Origin: Spirulina sp.
GTDB taxonomy: Bacteria; Cyanobacteriota; Cyanobacteriia; Phormidesmidales; Phormidesmidaceae
Length of the DNA stretch: 64,000 bases
Direction: 5' to 3'
NCBI GenBank assembly: GCA_044070495.1
Contig: JBIPSI010000020.1
Coordinates: 43,122 to 107,121, forward strand
Under the pieces are notes generated by a model that was given only the letters and a program-made list of their open reading frames with translations, had not been told where the DNA came from and did no database searches. The translations under genes were made by a program, and so were the position numbers. Shown piece by piece: positions 41,964-52,279 of the stretch. Within the stretch, counting starts at the first letter, position 1. Each line of letters starts with the position of its first letter.

Positions 41964-42155
41964 TTAAAACTTTTCGGGTTGGACGATCACTGCGGCTAAA
42001 TAGACAGCGAGACCCACGACAACGAGGCCGAGAAGACCGAGGGCATAGGCGGTGCCACGGGAGATATCTGGGCCGGTAGTGGCATGGAGAGCGGGTGCAA
42101 TCAAAGCGTTGATCAGCAAACCCAGCAGCAAAATTTTGGGGAGATTAGGTTTCAT
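41964..42155 (-). CDS. kdpF: KdpF/KdpG-like small membrane subunit
   Basis: Two hydrophobic segments ending AVYLAAVIVQPEKF (KdpF signature); lies between kdpB and kdpC like cyanobacterial kdpG. Confidence 0.8.
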   Translation of the reverse strand: MKPNLPKILLLGLLINALIAPALHATTGPDISRGTAYALGLLGLVVVGLAVYLAAVIVQPEKF

Positions 42156-42207
42156 AGGAAGAAAGGTTTTGTGATGGATGATGGATAGGGTTTAAGAATT
42201 AGATGTT

Positions 42208-42311
42208 GTCAGGTTAGAAGGTTGTCAGGTTAGAAGGTTGGAAGGTTGGAAGGTTAAAAACTTAGAAAACCTAAACCTTCACACGTTCCAACCTTCACAT
42301 GTTCCAACCCC
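42208..42311. repeat. Octamer array, forward (x6) and inverted (x4-5)
   Basis: gtcaggtt agaaggtt ... ggaaggtt, then aaccttca cacgttcc aaccttca catgttcc. Confidence 0.85.
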
Positions 42312-44402
42312 CTAAAAATTCGTTACCGCCGACACCCCCAAATCAATGACCTTAATGGCGACAAACGGGGCGATAATGCCGCCGAGGCCGTAGATCAAAA
42401 TGTTGCGCTGGAGCAATTGATTAGCAGTTAACGGACGAAATTCGATGCCTTTTAGGGCCAGGGGAATGAGGGCGGGGATGATAAGGGCGTTGTAGATTAG
42501 AGCCGAAAGTACGGCGGTGCGTGGGCTGCTGAGGCCCATCACATTTAGGGCACCGATGCCTGCCGATGCAAACATTGCAGGGATGATGGCAAAGTATTTG
42601 GCGATGTCGTTGGCTAGGGAGAAGGTGGTGAGGGCACCACGGGTGATCAATAACTGTTTGCCAATGGTGACCAGGTCGATCAGTTTGGTGGGATCGGAGT
42701 CGAGGTCTACCATGTTGGCGGCTTCTTTGGCGGCCTGGGTGCCGGAGTTCATGGCTACTCCGACGTTGGCTTGGGCTAAGGCGGGGGCATCGTTGGTGCC
42801 GTCCCCGGTCATGGCCACTAGCTTGCCTTGGGATTGTTCAGCCTGAATCACCTGAATTTTGTCCTCTGGGGTGGCCTCGGCCACAAAGTCGTCTACCCCG
42901 GCCTCTTCGGCAATCACGGAGGCGGTGATGCGGTTGTCTCCGGTTAGCATCACGGTGCGTACCCCCATGCGGCGCAGTTGGTCAAAGCGCTCTCGAATAC
43001 CCGGTTTGATGATGTCTTTGAGGTAAATAACGCCGTAGACATTGCTATTCCGGCAAACAGCCAGGGGGGTGCCGCCCAGGCGTGAAACTCGCTCGAAAGC
43101 TTGATCGAGTTCGGCAGGGGCGGTGCCGCCGCGTGAACGCACAAAGCCGCGAATGGCGTCCACAGATCCTTTACGCACTTCGCTGCCGTCGGGCAAATCG
43201 GTGCCACTCATGCGAGTGCGGGCGGTAAACTCCACGCCTTCGGCCTTGTCTTTGTTAAAAGAGATGGCGGCTCCCAACTTTTCGGCTAAGCGCACAATAG
43301 ATTTGCCCTCTGGGGTGGTGTCGAATACGCTGGCCGCCAAGGCGATGTCAGCCACCTCCTGCTCACTGTGGCCGTTGACCGGGATAAATTCTTCGGCCAG
43401 ACGGTTGCCTAGGGTGATGGTGCCAGTTTTGTCTAGCACCAGGGTGTTGATGTCGCCACAGGCTTCTACCGCTCGCCCGGAGGTAGCCACCACATTGAAC
43501 TGAGCGACCCGATCCATTCCGGCAATACCGATGGCACTGAGCAGCCCGCCAATAGTGGTAGGAATCAGCGCCACCAGTAGCGCCACCAAAATGGTGATAC
43601 CCACTGGACTATTGGCGTAGTTAGCGGGGGCGGGCAAAGTCGCCACCACAATTAAAAACACCAGGGTAAGCACCGCCAGCAGCACCGTCAGGGCAATTTC
43701 GTTGGGGGTTTTGCTGCGCTCGGCCCCTTCCACCAGGGCGATCATGCGGTCAATAAAGCCCTTGCCGGGGTCAGAGGTGACTTGCAAAATCAGCTCGTCG
43801 GAAATAATCCGGGTGCCGCCCGTCACCGAACTGGCCACGTCGGAACCAGGCTCCTTCAGCACCGGGGCCGACTCGCCCGTAATCGCCGACTCATCCACCG
43901 AGGCCACGCCTTCAATCACCTCACCATCGGCAGGAATCATGTCGCCAGCCACAACTTTGATACGATCCCCCCGCTTCAAGCTAGTCGAGTTCACCTCTTC
44001 TATCGCCCCATCAGCCCGCAACTTTCGAGCAACCGTATCCGAGCGGGTAGATCGCAGGGCATCCGCCTGGGCCTTACCGCGCCCTTCAGCCACGGCCTCC
44101 GCGAAGTTGGCAAACAGCACCGTCAACAACAAAATCAACGTAATTAGCCCGTTATAAACCGCTGCGCCGTCCCCATCGGTAGGGCCAAATAGGGTAGGGT
44201 TCACGGTCAACACAGCGGTGATCACCGTGCCGACCCAAACCACAAACATCACCGGATTTTTCACCATGATGCGTGGATCGAGCTTGCGAAAAGCTTCGAC
44301 CACAGCTCTTTGATAAAGGTCGGTCATCTTCGCCTTGGGGGTGTGCTTGCGCTGTTGGCGTGGCCCACCGGGTTGTTTGAGGGGGAGGGTAGATTGGGTC
44401 AT
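42312..44402 (-). CDS. kdpB: K+-transporting ATPase subunit B
   Basis: [28 protein letters not shown]. Confidence 0.97.
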   Translation of the reverse strand: MTQSTLPLKQPGGPRQQRKHTPKAKMTDLYQRAVVEAFRKLDPRIMVKNPVMFVVWVGTVITAVLTVNPTLFGPTDGDGAAVYNGLITLILLLTVLFANFAEAVAEGRGKAQADALRSTRSDTVARKLRADGAIEEVNSTSLKRGDRIKVVAGDMIPADGEVIEGVASVDESAITGESAPVLKEPGSDVASSVTGGTRIISDELILQVTSDPGKGFIDRMIALVEGAERSKTPNEIALTVLLAVLTLVFLIVVATLPAPANYANSPVGITILVALLVALIPTTIGGLLSAIGIAGMDRVAQFNVVATSGRAVEACGDINTLVLDKTGTITLGNRLAEEFIPVNGHSEQEVADIALAASVFDTTPEGKSIVRLAEKLGAAISFNKDKAEGVEFTARTRMSGTDLPDGSEVRKGSVDAIRGFVRSRGGTAPAELDQAFERVSRLGGTPLAVCRNSNVYGVIYLKDIIKPGIRERFDQLRRMGVRTVMLTGDNRITASVIAEEAGVDDFVAEATPEDKIQVIQAEQSQGKLVAMTGDGTNDAPALAQANVGVAMNSGTQAAKEAANMVDLDSDPTKLIDLVTIGKQLLITRGALTTFSLANDIAKYFAIIPAMFASAGIGALNVMGLSSPRTAVLSALIYNALIIPALIPLALKGIEFRPLTANQLLQRNILIYGLGGIIAPFVAIKVIDLGVSAVTNF

Positions 44403-44415
44403 GGATCGGGTAAGA

Positions 44416-44525
44416 GGAATGGTTGGATAATTGGAGAATTAGGAGGTGTGAAGGTTGGAAGGTTGGAAGGTGTGAAGGTTGGAAGGTTGGAAGGTGTGAA
44501 GGTTGGAAGGTTGGAAGGTTGAGAT
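44416..44525. repeat. Octamer array with higher-order 24-bp unit (GGTGTGAAGGTTGGAAGGTTGGAA x3)
   Basis: Between the kdpB start and the four-helix-bundle gene. Confidence 0.9.
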
Positions 44526-44564
44526 GTGGGAATACTCAGGGAGATATGTTTTTGGTTGATGCAG

Positions 44565-44936
44565 ATGGGTGCTATTCAGAGATTTGAAGATATCTTGGCT
44601 TGGCAGTCGGCGCGGGAGTTGACCAGGTTGGTTTATAGCCTGTCAAATACGGGGAGCTTTGCACGGGATTTTGGCTTGAAAGATCAAATGCGACGGGCGG
44701 CGGTTTCTGTGATGTCCAATATTGCAGAAGGGTTTGAAAGTCGAACTCGAGGCATGTTCATTAACTATTTAGGTCATGCCAAGGCTTCAGCAGGAGAAGT
44801 ACGTGCTCAAGCCTATGTGGCGTTGGATGTGGGCTACATTGACCAGACACAATTTGATCACCTAATAACGTTGGCAGAGCGGTGTAGCAAACAAGTTAGT
44901 CGGTTCATGGTGTATTTGGAGGGGAAAAAGGGGTGA
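44565..44936 (+). CDS. Four-helix-bundle protein (23S rRNA-IVP / Avd-like family), antisense within the kdp operon
   Basis: RFEDILAWQSAREL...FARDFGLKDQMRRAAVSVMSNIAEGFE...FINYLGHAKASAGEVRAQ. Confidence 0.92.
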   Translation: MGAIQRFEDILAWQSARELTRLVYSLSNTGSFARDFGLKDQMRRAAVSVMSNIAEGFESRTRGMFINYLGHAKASAGEVRAQAYVALDVGYIDQTQFDHLITLAERCSKQVSRFMVYLEGKKG

Positions 44937-45041
44937 GGGTGGGGAGGTGGGGAGGTTAAAAGGTGGAAAGGTTAAAAGGTGGAAAGGTTCAGAACTTGTC
45001 AACTTTCCAACCTTCCAACCTTCCAACTTTCCAACCTTCCC
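44937..45041. repeat. Octamer array, forward (x~6) and inverted (AAC(C/T)TTCC x5)
   Basis: Between the convergent four-helix-bundle and kdpA stops. Confidence 0.9.
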
Positions 45042-45042
45042 A

Positions 45043-46719
45043 CTACCCCAATCTAAACGCCGCTGCCACTGGCCCTAACGCTAAAACTGGCAGGAAGGTC
45101 AAGGCTCCGAGGATTAAAATGGCTCCGGCGGTGACTCCGGTGAACAGGGGGGTGTCGGTGCGGAGGGTGCCTGCGGTTTCGGGGACGGGTTGTTTGCGGG
45201 CCATGCCGTCGGCGAGGAAAATCAGGGCGGCAATGGGCACGTAGCGACCGACGAGGAGGGAGAAGCTGGTGCTGAGGTTCCACCAGAGGGTGTTGTCGCC
45301 TAACCCCTCAAAGCCGGAGCCGTTGTTGGCGGCAGCGGAGGCATATTCGTAGACTACCTGGGAAATGCCGTGGAAGCCGGGATTGCTGATGCCGGAGAGG
45401 GTTGCCGGGAAAGCTAGGGTGATGGCGGTGGGAATCAGGATGGCAATGGGGTGAACGAGCAGAATTAGGCTAGCGAGGACGATTTCGCGCTTTTCGATTT
45501 TGCGACCCAGAAATTCGGGAGTGCGCCCCACCATTAGCCCGGTGAGGAAGACGGTAAGAATCAGAAATACAAATAGGTAGGCGGTTCCGGTGCCCTGTCC
45601 ACCCCAAACGATCTGCAAAAACAGGTTAGAGAGGGTGACAAAGCCGCCTGTGGGCATCAGGGAATCGTGCAGACCGTTGATGGCTCCGCACATGGTGCCC
45701 GTGGTGGAAACGGCCCAAAGAGCGGTGAGGAAAGGCCCAAAGCGGGTTTCTTTACCCTCCAAATTGGGCTGTTGGCTGCCAAGCACCTGATTGACCAGCG
45801 GATTGCCCTGGTATTCACCCACGGCGGCAATGGCGATAAAGGCAACAAAGATGGCAAACACCATCCAGAAGATCAGCCAACCCTGTTTGGGATTGCTCGC
45901 CATGTAGCCGTAGGTGAGAATCAGTCCGGCGGGAATCACCAGCATGATCACGGTTTCGAGCAGGTTGGTAAAGTTGTTGGGGTTTTCAAAAGGGTGGGCG
46001 GAGTTGATACCAAAGAAGCCGCCGCCGTTTTCCCCCAATTCTTTGATGATTTCAAAGTGGGCTACTGGGCCACGGGCGATGAATTGGGTGGCTCCCTCCA
46101 GGGTAGTAGCCTGGGCGGGGGCTGCAAAGGTTTCGGGTACTCCGGCAATTAGCAGGGCAATTGCCCCCACGATTGAAATCGGCAGCAAAATGCGGGTAAT
46201 CGACACCATTAAATCGGTGTAGAAATTGCCTAGGGGTCGCCCCGTTAACCCACGAATAAAGGCAATCGCCACCGCAATGCCCGTCGCCGCCGAGGTAAAC
46301 ATCAGAAATCCCAACGCCCCCACCTGACTGAAATAGCTGTAGGTGGTTTCGCCGGAATAGTGCTGCTGGTTCGTATTCGTGGTAAACGAAATAGCCGTGT
46401 GCAGACCTAGATCCCAGCTTGGGGCACCTAGCTCTGTCGGATTTAGGGGCAGCACCCCCTGGAGCATAAAAATAACGTAGACCAACATGATCATGGCTAG
46501 GTTGCTGACCAGTACGGCACGAATATATTGACCACCAGTCATCGGACGGTTATCAAGTACGCCAGACCCAGAAAAAACGACTCGCTCCACCGGAGAAACA
46601 ATCCAATCCAGCCAGGTTTTTTCACCCAGAAAGACTTGGGCCATATAGCGCCCCAGTACAGGTGAAACCGCCGCCAAGATGACGAGTATCAAAGCTATCT
46701 GAAGAAATCCTTGTAGCAT
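45043..46719 (-). CDS. kdpA: K+-transporting ATPase subunit A
   Basis: [51 protein letters not shown]. Confidence 0.97.
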   Translation of the reverse strand: MLQGFLQIALILVILAAVSPVLGRYMAQVFLGEKTWLDWIVSPVERVVFSGSGVLDNRPMTGGQYIRAVLVSNLAMIMLVYVIFMLQGVLPLNPTELGAPSWDLGLHTAISFTTNTNQQHYSGETTYSYFSQVGALGFLMFTSAATGIAVAIAFIRGLTGRPLGNFYTDLMVSITRILLPISIVGAIALLIAGVPETFAAPAQATTLEGATQFIARGPVAHFEIIKELGENGGGFFGINSAHPFENPNNFTNLLETVIMLVIPAGLILTYGYMASNPKQGWLIFWMVFAIFVAFIAIAAVGEYQGNPLVNQVLGSQQPNLEGKETRFGPFLTALWAVSTTGTMCGAINGLHDSLMPTGGFVTLSNLFLQIVWGGQGTGTAYLFVFLILTVFLTGLMVGRTPEFLGRKIEKREIVLASLILLVHPIAILIPTAITLAFPATLSGISNPGFHGISQVVYEYASAAANNGSGFEGLGDNTLWWNLSTSFSLLVGRYVPIAALIFLADGMARKQPVPETAGTLRTDTPLFTGVTAGAILILGALTFLPVLALGPVAAAFRLG

Positions 46720-46776
46720 GGGATTGATAGATATAAAGCAACACAGACAGACACATCCAGAAGAAAACAGTCCCCG

Positions 46777-47019
46777 CTAATGCACTTTTTGCCTGAGCTT
46801 CAAGCAATTTCCTAGATGAGGAGAGATGGCAGGGTTGAGAGCAATGGCAATCAGACAATCACCATCTTCAACCACAGGATTCTGGTGAAAATGAATCAAC
46901 TGCTCTGCTCGAACTAAGCCTAGAAAATGACAACTATCCGGCAGACAAATTGCCCCCAGGGTTTTTCCAAGGTGTGCGCTGTGAAAATAAACCGTACCAG
47001 TAATCAACTTGGCCTTCAT
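46777..47019 (-). CDS. Small TrkA-C (RCK_C)-like protein leading the kdp operon
   Basis: LGKTLGAICLPDSCHFLGLVRAEQLI...VVEDGDCLIAIA fits the TrkA_C pattern. Confidence 0.6.
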   Translation of the reverse strand: MKAKLITGTVYFHSAHLGKTLGAICLPDSCHFLGLVRAEQLIHFHQNPVVEDGDCLIAIALNPAISPHLGNCLKLRQKVH

Positions 47020-47253
47020 GACGAGAGACTTTCCAAAAAAGAGCCATTCGATATCTCCATTTTGCTACTCTTTCACCTAAAAATAAGGTATAGAAAAGTG
47101 TTTAATCTAGATTTATACCCTCCATCTAAGCTCCAACTAGACATAGCGTTTAGGCAATGATTAAACTCCTATATCATTTGATATAAACGTCACCACTCCA
47201 CACCAAGTCAGCCCTAAAATAGATTGACAAAATCACCTCAACCAAACGCCCAT

Positions 47254-47306
47254 AACCTTCCAACCTTCCAACCTTCCACTCTCCCAACCCCCCACCTCCC
47301 TCCCCC
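47254..47306. repeat. Octamer array AACCTTCC x3 plus C-rich tail
   Basis: Immediately upstream of the sensor kinase ATG. Confidence 0.8.
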
Positions 47307-48416
47307 ATGCCCCGCCCCACCCCCCCCTGGCAACAAACCCACTGGCTGATTGCCGCCCTCTTTGTTGTGGTCATTGGGCTGGAATACAGCACACCACCGC
47401 CCTACGTATTTGGCTATCTGTACATTGGGGCGGTGCTTTTGGCCAGCGGACGACTGGGCCGAGGGGCAACACGGTGGGTAACGGCAATCGCCATTGTGCT
47501 CACCCTGCTCAACCTGGTGATCCCTGGCCTAGAGCCGATTAGTACGGTGACCATCGCCAATCGGGCGATTACGGTGCTAGCCCTGGCGGTGACGGGATGG
47601 CTGAGCGACCGCATTCAGCGCTACGAGAAGGCCATCACCCACCAGCACGCCCAAATCTTGGCCCAGGCCCAACTGGCTCGGATGCGGGAAGATTTTGTCT
47701 CGACCCTGACCCACGATTTGAAAACACCACTGCTGGGGGCGATAGAGACCCTCCACGCCCTGGAGACCGAGCAGTTTGGAGCAGTGACATCGGCCCAGCG
47801 GCGGGCCATCACGATCATGACGCGCAGTCACCAGACCACCCTGCAACTGGTGGAAACCCTGATGGATGTCTACCGCAACGACGCCGAGGGGTTACGCCTC
47901 AACCTGAGCGCTGTGGACGTCGTTTCCCTGGCAGAGGACACCATCATGCAACTCACGGCCCTAGCGGCTTCCCGGCAGGTGCATATTCGTCTACACCAAG
48001 GGGAATCCGACTTTCGCCAGCCCTGCTGGGTAAGGGCCGATGTGCTCCAGCTCCAGCGAGTGCTGAGCAACCTGATTGCCAACGCCATTCACCATTCGTT
48101 GCGGGGCAGTTTGGTGGAGGTCGTGATTCGCCATCACGGCGATGATTGTTTGGTGCAGGTATTGGATCAAGGCCAGGGCATCGCCGCCGATGAAATGGCC
48201 CACCTATTCGAGCGGTTTTACCAGGGCCACAGTGATCGTCAGGCCAAGGGTACCGGACTGGGCCTCTACCTCAGCCGTCAGATTGTGGAGGCCCACGGCG
48301 GCAGAATTTGGGCCGAACCGCGCCAGCCCACGGGGGCGGTGTTTGCGTTTCGACTGCCCGCTCAGTCCCCGGTACAGGATAATAGCCTGATGGTACGCAC
48401 TGCTAACCTCCGATGA
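47307..48416 (+). CDS. Membrane sensor histidine kinase, divergent from kdp
   Basis: N-terminal TMs; FVSTLTHDLKTPL, NLIANAI, DQGQGI, GTGLGL. Confidence 0.92.
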   Translation: MPRPTPPWQQTHWLIAALFVVVIGLEYSTPPPYVFGYLYIGAVLLASGRLGRGATRWVTAIAIVLTLLNLVIPGLEPISTVTIANRAITVLALAVTGWLSDRIQRYEKAITHQHAQILAQAQLARMREDFVSTLTHDLKTPLLGAIETLHALETEQFGAVTSAQRRAITIMTRSHQTTLQLVETLMDVYRNDAEGLRLNLSAVDVVSLAEDTIMQLTALAASRQVHIRLHQGESDFRQPCWVRADVLQLQRVLSNLIANAIHHSLRGSLVEVVIRHHGDDCLVQVLDQGQGIAADEMAHLFERFYQGHSDRQAKGTGLGLYLSRQIVEAHGGRIWAEPRQPTGAVFAFRLPAQSPVQDNSLMVRTANLR

Positions 48417-49081
48417 CCGACCAGCCTATTGATATTCTTCTGGTCGAAGACGATGAGCTGTTTCGACTGGGCCTTACCACTCGGTTGCAGCAGGAGCCGA
48501 CCTTGCAGGTTGTCGCTGAAGCGGAGGACGGCGAAACGGCCATCGCCCTAGTCAACCAGCAGCCCTTCGACGTGGTGCTGCTGGACATCGGCCTGCCGGG
48601 AATTGGCGGTCTCGAAGCCTGTCGCCAGATCAAGCAGCAGCATCCCAACTTGCCAGTGCTGGCCCTCACTTCCCACAACCAGCCAGCCCTGATTGCCCGC
48701 CTGATCGAAGCCCAGGCCCAGGGCTACTGTGTCAAGGGCATTGCCGCCGAGGCGCTGGTGCTGGCGATTCGCTCCGTTGCCCTGGGGGCTACCTGGTGGG
48801 ATGCCATCGCCTCCCAGGAAATTCAGGCTGCGTTCCAGTCCCCCGCCCTAGAATCGCCACCCACCCATACCCCGACCACCCTAGACACCCTCACTAAACG
48901 CGAGCAAGAAATCCTAGCGCTGATGGCGGTAGGGCAAAGCAATCAGGAAATTGCCGAGGCTCTCTACATTGCCCCCGGCACGGTGCGCGTCCATGTCCAC
49001 TCCATTTTGCAAAAGCTGGAGGTGCGTGATCGAACCCAGGCCGTCATTCTGGCGATGCAGATGGGTCTCGTTTCACCCTAG
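48413..49081 (+). CDS. NarL/LuxR-family response regulator
   Basis: LVEDDE, LLDIGLPG, LTKREQEILALMAVGQSNQEIAEAL. Confidence 0.92.
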   Translation: MTDQPIDILLVEDDELFRLGLTTRLQQEPTLQVVAEAEDGETAIALVNQQPFDVVLLDIGLPGIGGLEACRQIKQQHPNLPVLALTSHNQPALIARLIEAQAQGYCVKGIAAEALVLAIRSVALGATWWDAIASQEIQAAFQSPALESPPTHTPTTLDTLTKREQEILALMAVGQSNQEIAEALYIAPGTVRVHVHSILQKLEVRDRTQAVILAMQMGLVSP

Positions 49082-49486
49082 AAAAAGCCTGCGGCAATGA
49101 CTGATGATCGGAATCCTTCGGCCTAACGATGACTTAGACCAACCCCCACAACGTTGATTCCCCCTGATCATCCGCAGGGGCGTGCGCTTGGCTCCAGTCA
49201 ATAGGGCCTGACTAGATGGAGCCTGACTAAATAAAGCCTGGCAAGCTAGGCCAACCTAGGACTTTTATGGAGACTTGGTTAAGGCGAGATTGCCCTGCAT
49301 CAAGTTCTGTCCGTCGCTGCCCTAGATCAGCCTAGGGGTTTTCCCGGAGGTGTTAGGGTAATGTCGAGTTCTGGGGCCATCGCTAGGCCAGGGGATATTC
49401 CACCAAGCCTAGGGCAGCAATTGGCAATCTGGGACAACGTTATAAATGACCGCCATAGATACTGATATTGATACCTGTCACGTAAC

Positions 49487-50311
49487 GTGGATCTCCATCA
49501 GCTACACCAAGCCCTCCAACAACCTCCCGGCAGCCTCGGTGTTTTGCCGGAGTTTGCTGGATTGCGCCCCTGTTTCCAAGTCCAGTGGGTGAAGCAAACC
49601 GAATCCACCAATCACGATCTAATGGCCCAAATGGCGTCGGGGGCAGTGGCAGGAACCGTATTGATCGCGGCTACCCAGCGGGCCGGACGGGGGCAGTGGG
49701 GCCGCCAGTGGCAGTCGGCGGCGGGGGGGCTGTATCTCTCCCTAGGGCTGCGGCCAGAGATGACGGTGGAGCGCAGTCTCTATCTCACCCTGGCTAGCGC
49801 TTGGGGGCTGGCCACCAGCCTAGCCAACCTGGGTATTCCAGCTCAGGTGAAATGGCCCAACGATCTCGTGGTGCAGGGGCGCAAGCTGGGGGGCATTTTG
49901 ACCGATACACGGGTGCAGGGGGATCGGGTGCAGGCGGTGGTGGTCGGATTGGGGCTGAACGTCCAAAATCCAGTGCCGCCTACGGGAATTTCCCTAGGCC
50001 ACCTGTCAAAGTTGCCGGAACCGCCGCCCGGCCCCCTGAATACCTTGGAGGGCGTCGCCGCTGTAGCGCTCTACGGGCTGATGCAGGGCTACAGCGTTTG
50101 GCAAAACCAGGGCGATCAAGCTTTCCTGGCCCTCTATCAGCAGCGTATGACCCACCTGGGCCAGCCGGTGGTGATAGAGGACCAGTCGGCCACAGTAACG
50201 GGTCTTGCCCCTTCCGGGAACCTGTCGGTGCGGGTCTCGTCCGACGGTAGCTGTGCGCCCCTGGAATGGGAAATTAAGCCGGGCGAAGTAACTTTAGGCT
50301 ACAATGCGTAG
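49487..50311 (+). CDS. birA: Biotin-[acetyl-CoA-carboxylase] ligase
   Basis: STN, QRAGRGQWGRQW, KWPNDL, KLGGIL. Confidence 0.92.
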   Translation: MDLHQLHQALQQPPGSLGVLPEFAGLRPCFQVQWVKQTESTNHDLMAQMASGAVAGTVLIAATQRAGRGQWGRQWQSAAGGLYLSLGLRPEMTVERSLYLTLASAWGLATSLANLGIPAQVKWPNDLVVQGRKLGGILTDTRVQGDRVQAVVVGLGLNVQNPVPPTGISLGHLSKLPEPPPGPLNTLEGVAAVALYGLMQGYSVWQNQGDQAFLALYQQRMTHLGQPVVIEDQSATVTGLAPSGNLSVRVSSDGSCAPLEWEIKPGEVTLGYNA

Positions 50312-50321
50312 CGGTTGATTG

Positions 50322-51827
50322 ATGGTGAACTCTAAACGCAATTCAGCTCAATTTTCGAGGCTCCCTCGACTCATGCAGGGCAATGTTTACCGTGGTTCCA
50401 GCCTCGGTGGATGCCCCAGGCTACACCCCGTCCAGGGGCTTGCCCTAGTGGGCAGTTTAGGTCTCATGGCCAGCGGTGCAGCAATAGCCGAGGAATCGGG
50501 CTTAGAGGTTGCCGAGCCGACGGCAGAGTTCCCGGTGAAAGCCCCTGACAAGGCTCCTGATGTGGAGGTCGTTCCGCGCCCCCAGGTCAGCTTGCCCCAC
50601 GTGAGCGGTGCTACCGGATCAGCGGTCACCTTGACGGCCCCTGCCAAGCCTCAGTTTTCACCCCCCGCCATTGCTCAGACGTCTCCCCCCCACCTAAGCC
50701 AGCCCATGCAACCCCCGGTTCCACCCCCAGCCGCAGCGGCCATCGTCATTCCTGAACCCGCCGCCGCCCCCACCATGGCCGAGAGTTTGCTAACGCCAGC
50801 CTCGCCCGCCGCCGCCCCCACCATGGGTGAATCAGCGGCCCCTAGTACTTCGGTGACCCCCAGCCCAGGCACCCCCAGCGCCGCCGACCTCGTGGTACCC
50901 GGATCAATTGCCGCCGATGAGTCGGTGCCAGCGGGCTACAACAGCGTCTTCATCGATCCCACCCGCTACGACGTGGGAGCCACCTCGGCTCCGGCGGCCC
51001 CCAATGTGGTCTTTGCGGATCGCTCAACGGGCTGCCAAATTACGGTTGCCAGTGGCCAAACGGCCTCCAACTGTGGCGGTGGTGCCGGGGTCATCCCCGG
51101 TTCAGGCGTGACCACCACCCCAGGCGGTGCCCTAGCGTCTAACGGGTCTTTGGTGGGTGGTTCCCGGTTGCCCTCCGGCACGGTGACCGTTAGCCCCCGT
51201 GGGGTGAGCCTAGACAGCCGCAGCGTTGTCAGTCGCGCCGCCCTCAATGACCGCATCCGACCCCTCAACATTTTGCGCCGGGGCAACGAAGAATTTGTCT
51301 TCCCCCTGTCGATTCCGGCCCCCATTTCTTCGGTGTTTGGTTGGCGGATGCACCCCGTCCACCAATCCTGGCGCTTCCACTCCGGCACGGATTTAGCGGC
51401 TCCCATGGGCACCCCCGTATTGGCCACCCAGGCGGGGCGTGTGGCCGTGGCCGATTTCCTCGGTGGCTACGGCCTCACGGTCATTCTGCGCCATGGCGAC
51501 GGCAACCTAGAGTCTCGCTATGCCCACCTATCCCAGGTGGCGGTGCGATCCGGCGAATGGATTGACCAGGGCGAAGTGATTGGCCTGGTGGGCAGCACAG
51601 GAACTTCCACTGGCCCCCACCTGCACTTTGAGGTACGCCAACTCACCGGAGAAGGGTGGGTAGCGATGGATCCCGGCGAGGTGCTGGAGTACGGGATTGC
51701 CAACCTGCTCAACGTCATCAACAATCCCATGGCGGCCCTAGGGCAAACCCAGCCGACCTCCACCGAGGACGATGGTTCGCTGCCCGTAGACTATCCCTAC
51801 CGCCCAGCCCAGCCCAACGCCAGCTAG
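50322..51827 (+). CDS. M23 family metallopeptidase
   Basis: FHSGTDLAAPMGTPV, YAHL, GSTGTSTGPHLHFE; Pro/Ala-rich N-terminal linker. Confidence 0.9.
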   Translation: MVNSKRNSAQFSRLPRLMQGNVYRGSSLGGCPRLHPVQGLALVGSLGLMASGAAIAEESGLEVAEPTAEFPVKAPDKAPDVEVVPRPQVSLPHVSGATGSAVTLTAPAKPQFSPPAIAQTSPPHLSQPMQPPVPPPAAAAIVIPEPAAAPTMAESLLTPASPAAAPTMGESAAPSTSVTPSPGTPSAADLVVPGSIAADESVPAGYNSVFIDPTRYDVGATSAPAAPNVVFADRSTGCQITVASGQTASNCGGGAGVIPGSGVTTTPGGALASNGSLVGGSRLPSGTVTVSPRGVSLDSRSVVSRAALNDRIRPLNILRRGNEEFVFPLSIPAPISSVFGWRMHPVHQSWRFHSGTDLAAPMGTPVLATQAGRVAVADFLGGYGLTVILRHGDGNLESRYAHLSQVAVRSGEWIDQGEVIGLVGSTGTSTGPHLHFEVRQLTGEGWVAMDPGEVLEYGIANLLNVINNPMAALGQTQPTSTEDDGSLPVDYPYRPAQPNAS

Positions 51828-51856
51828 ATCCCCGGTTAACACCCTAGAGGCAGCCC

Positions 51857-52279
51857 ATGGCCTTTACCCACACCTATCCAATTCGGTTTCGAGATACCGA
51901 TGCAGCGGGGGTGATGTATTTTGCTAATGGGCTGGCCCTATGCCACGCCGCCTACGAAGATTCTCTACAAGCCGCTGGCTTTGATTTAAAGGTTTTTTTT
52001 AGCCCCACCGCCGCCCTGGCCTACCCGATCATCCATGCTGGCATGGACTATCGGCGACCGATCCGCTGTGGTGATTGGGTGACCATTGCCCTACACCCCA
52101 AACGGCTGGAGTCCTCCAGTTTTGAGGTGACCTATCGGCTATCCTTAGAGGCCAATGCGGATCACATTCTAGGGGAAGCCCTAACCCGCCATTGTTGTAT
52201 TAACACTCCTAACCGTCGCCGCCATTCCCTACCAGCGGAGATGGAACAGTGGATTCAGCGCTGGAGTTGTGATCCATAG
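51857..52279 (+). CDS. Acyl-CoA thioesterase (cyanobacterial DHNA-CoA hydrolase-like)
   Basis: IRFRDTDAAGVMYFAN..CHAAYE hot-dog fold. Confidence 0.85.
   Translation: MAFTHTYPIRFRDTDAAGVMYFANGLALCHAAYEDSLQAAGFDLKVFFSPTAALAYPIIHAGMDYRRPIRCGDWVTIALHPKRLESSSFEVTYRLSLEANADHILGEALTRHCCINTPNRRRHSLPAEMEQWIQRWSCDP

Noticed and set aside
44565..44936. Diversity-generating retroelement (Avd-like gene)
   Set aside because: No reverse transcriptase and no TR/VR repeat pair seen in the window
40324..47306. Octamer arrays as a CRISPR array
   Set aside because: Units are 8 bp, contiguous and have no unique spacers; no cas genes in the window
50757..50826. Duplicated PAAAPTM segment in the M23 peptidase linker
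   Set aside because: Ordinary low-complexity linker duplication
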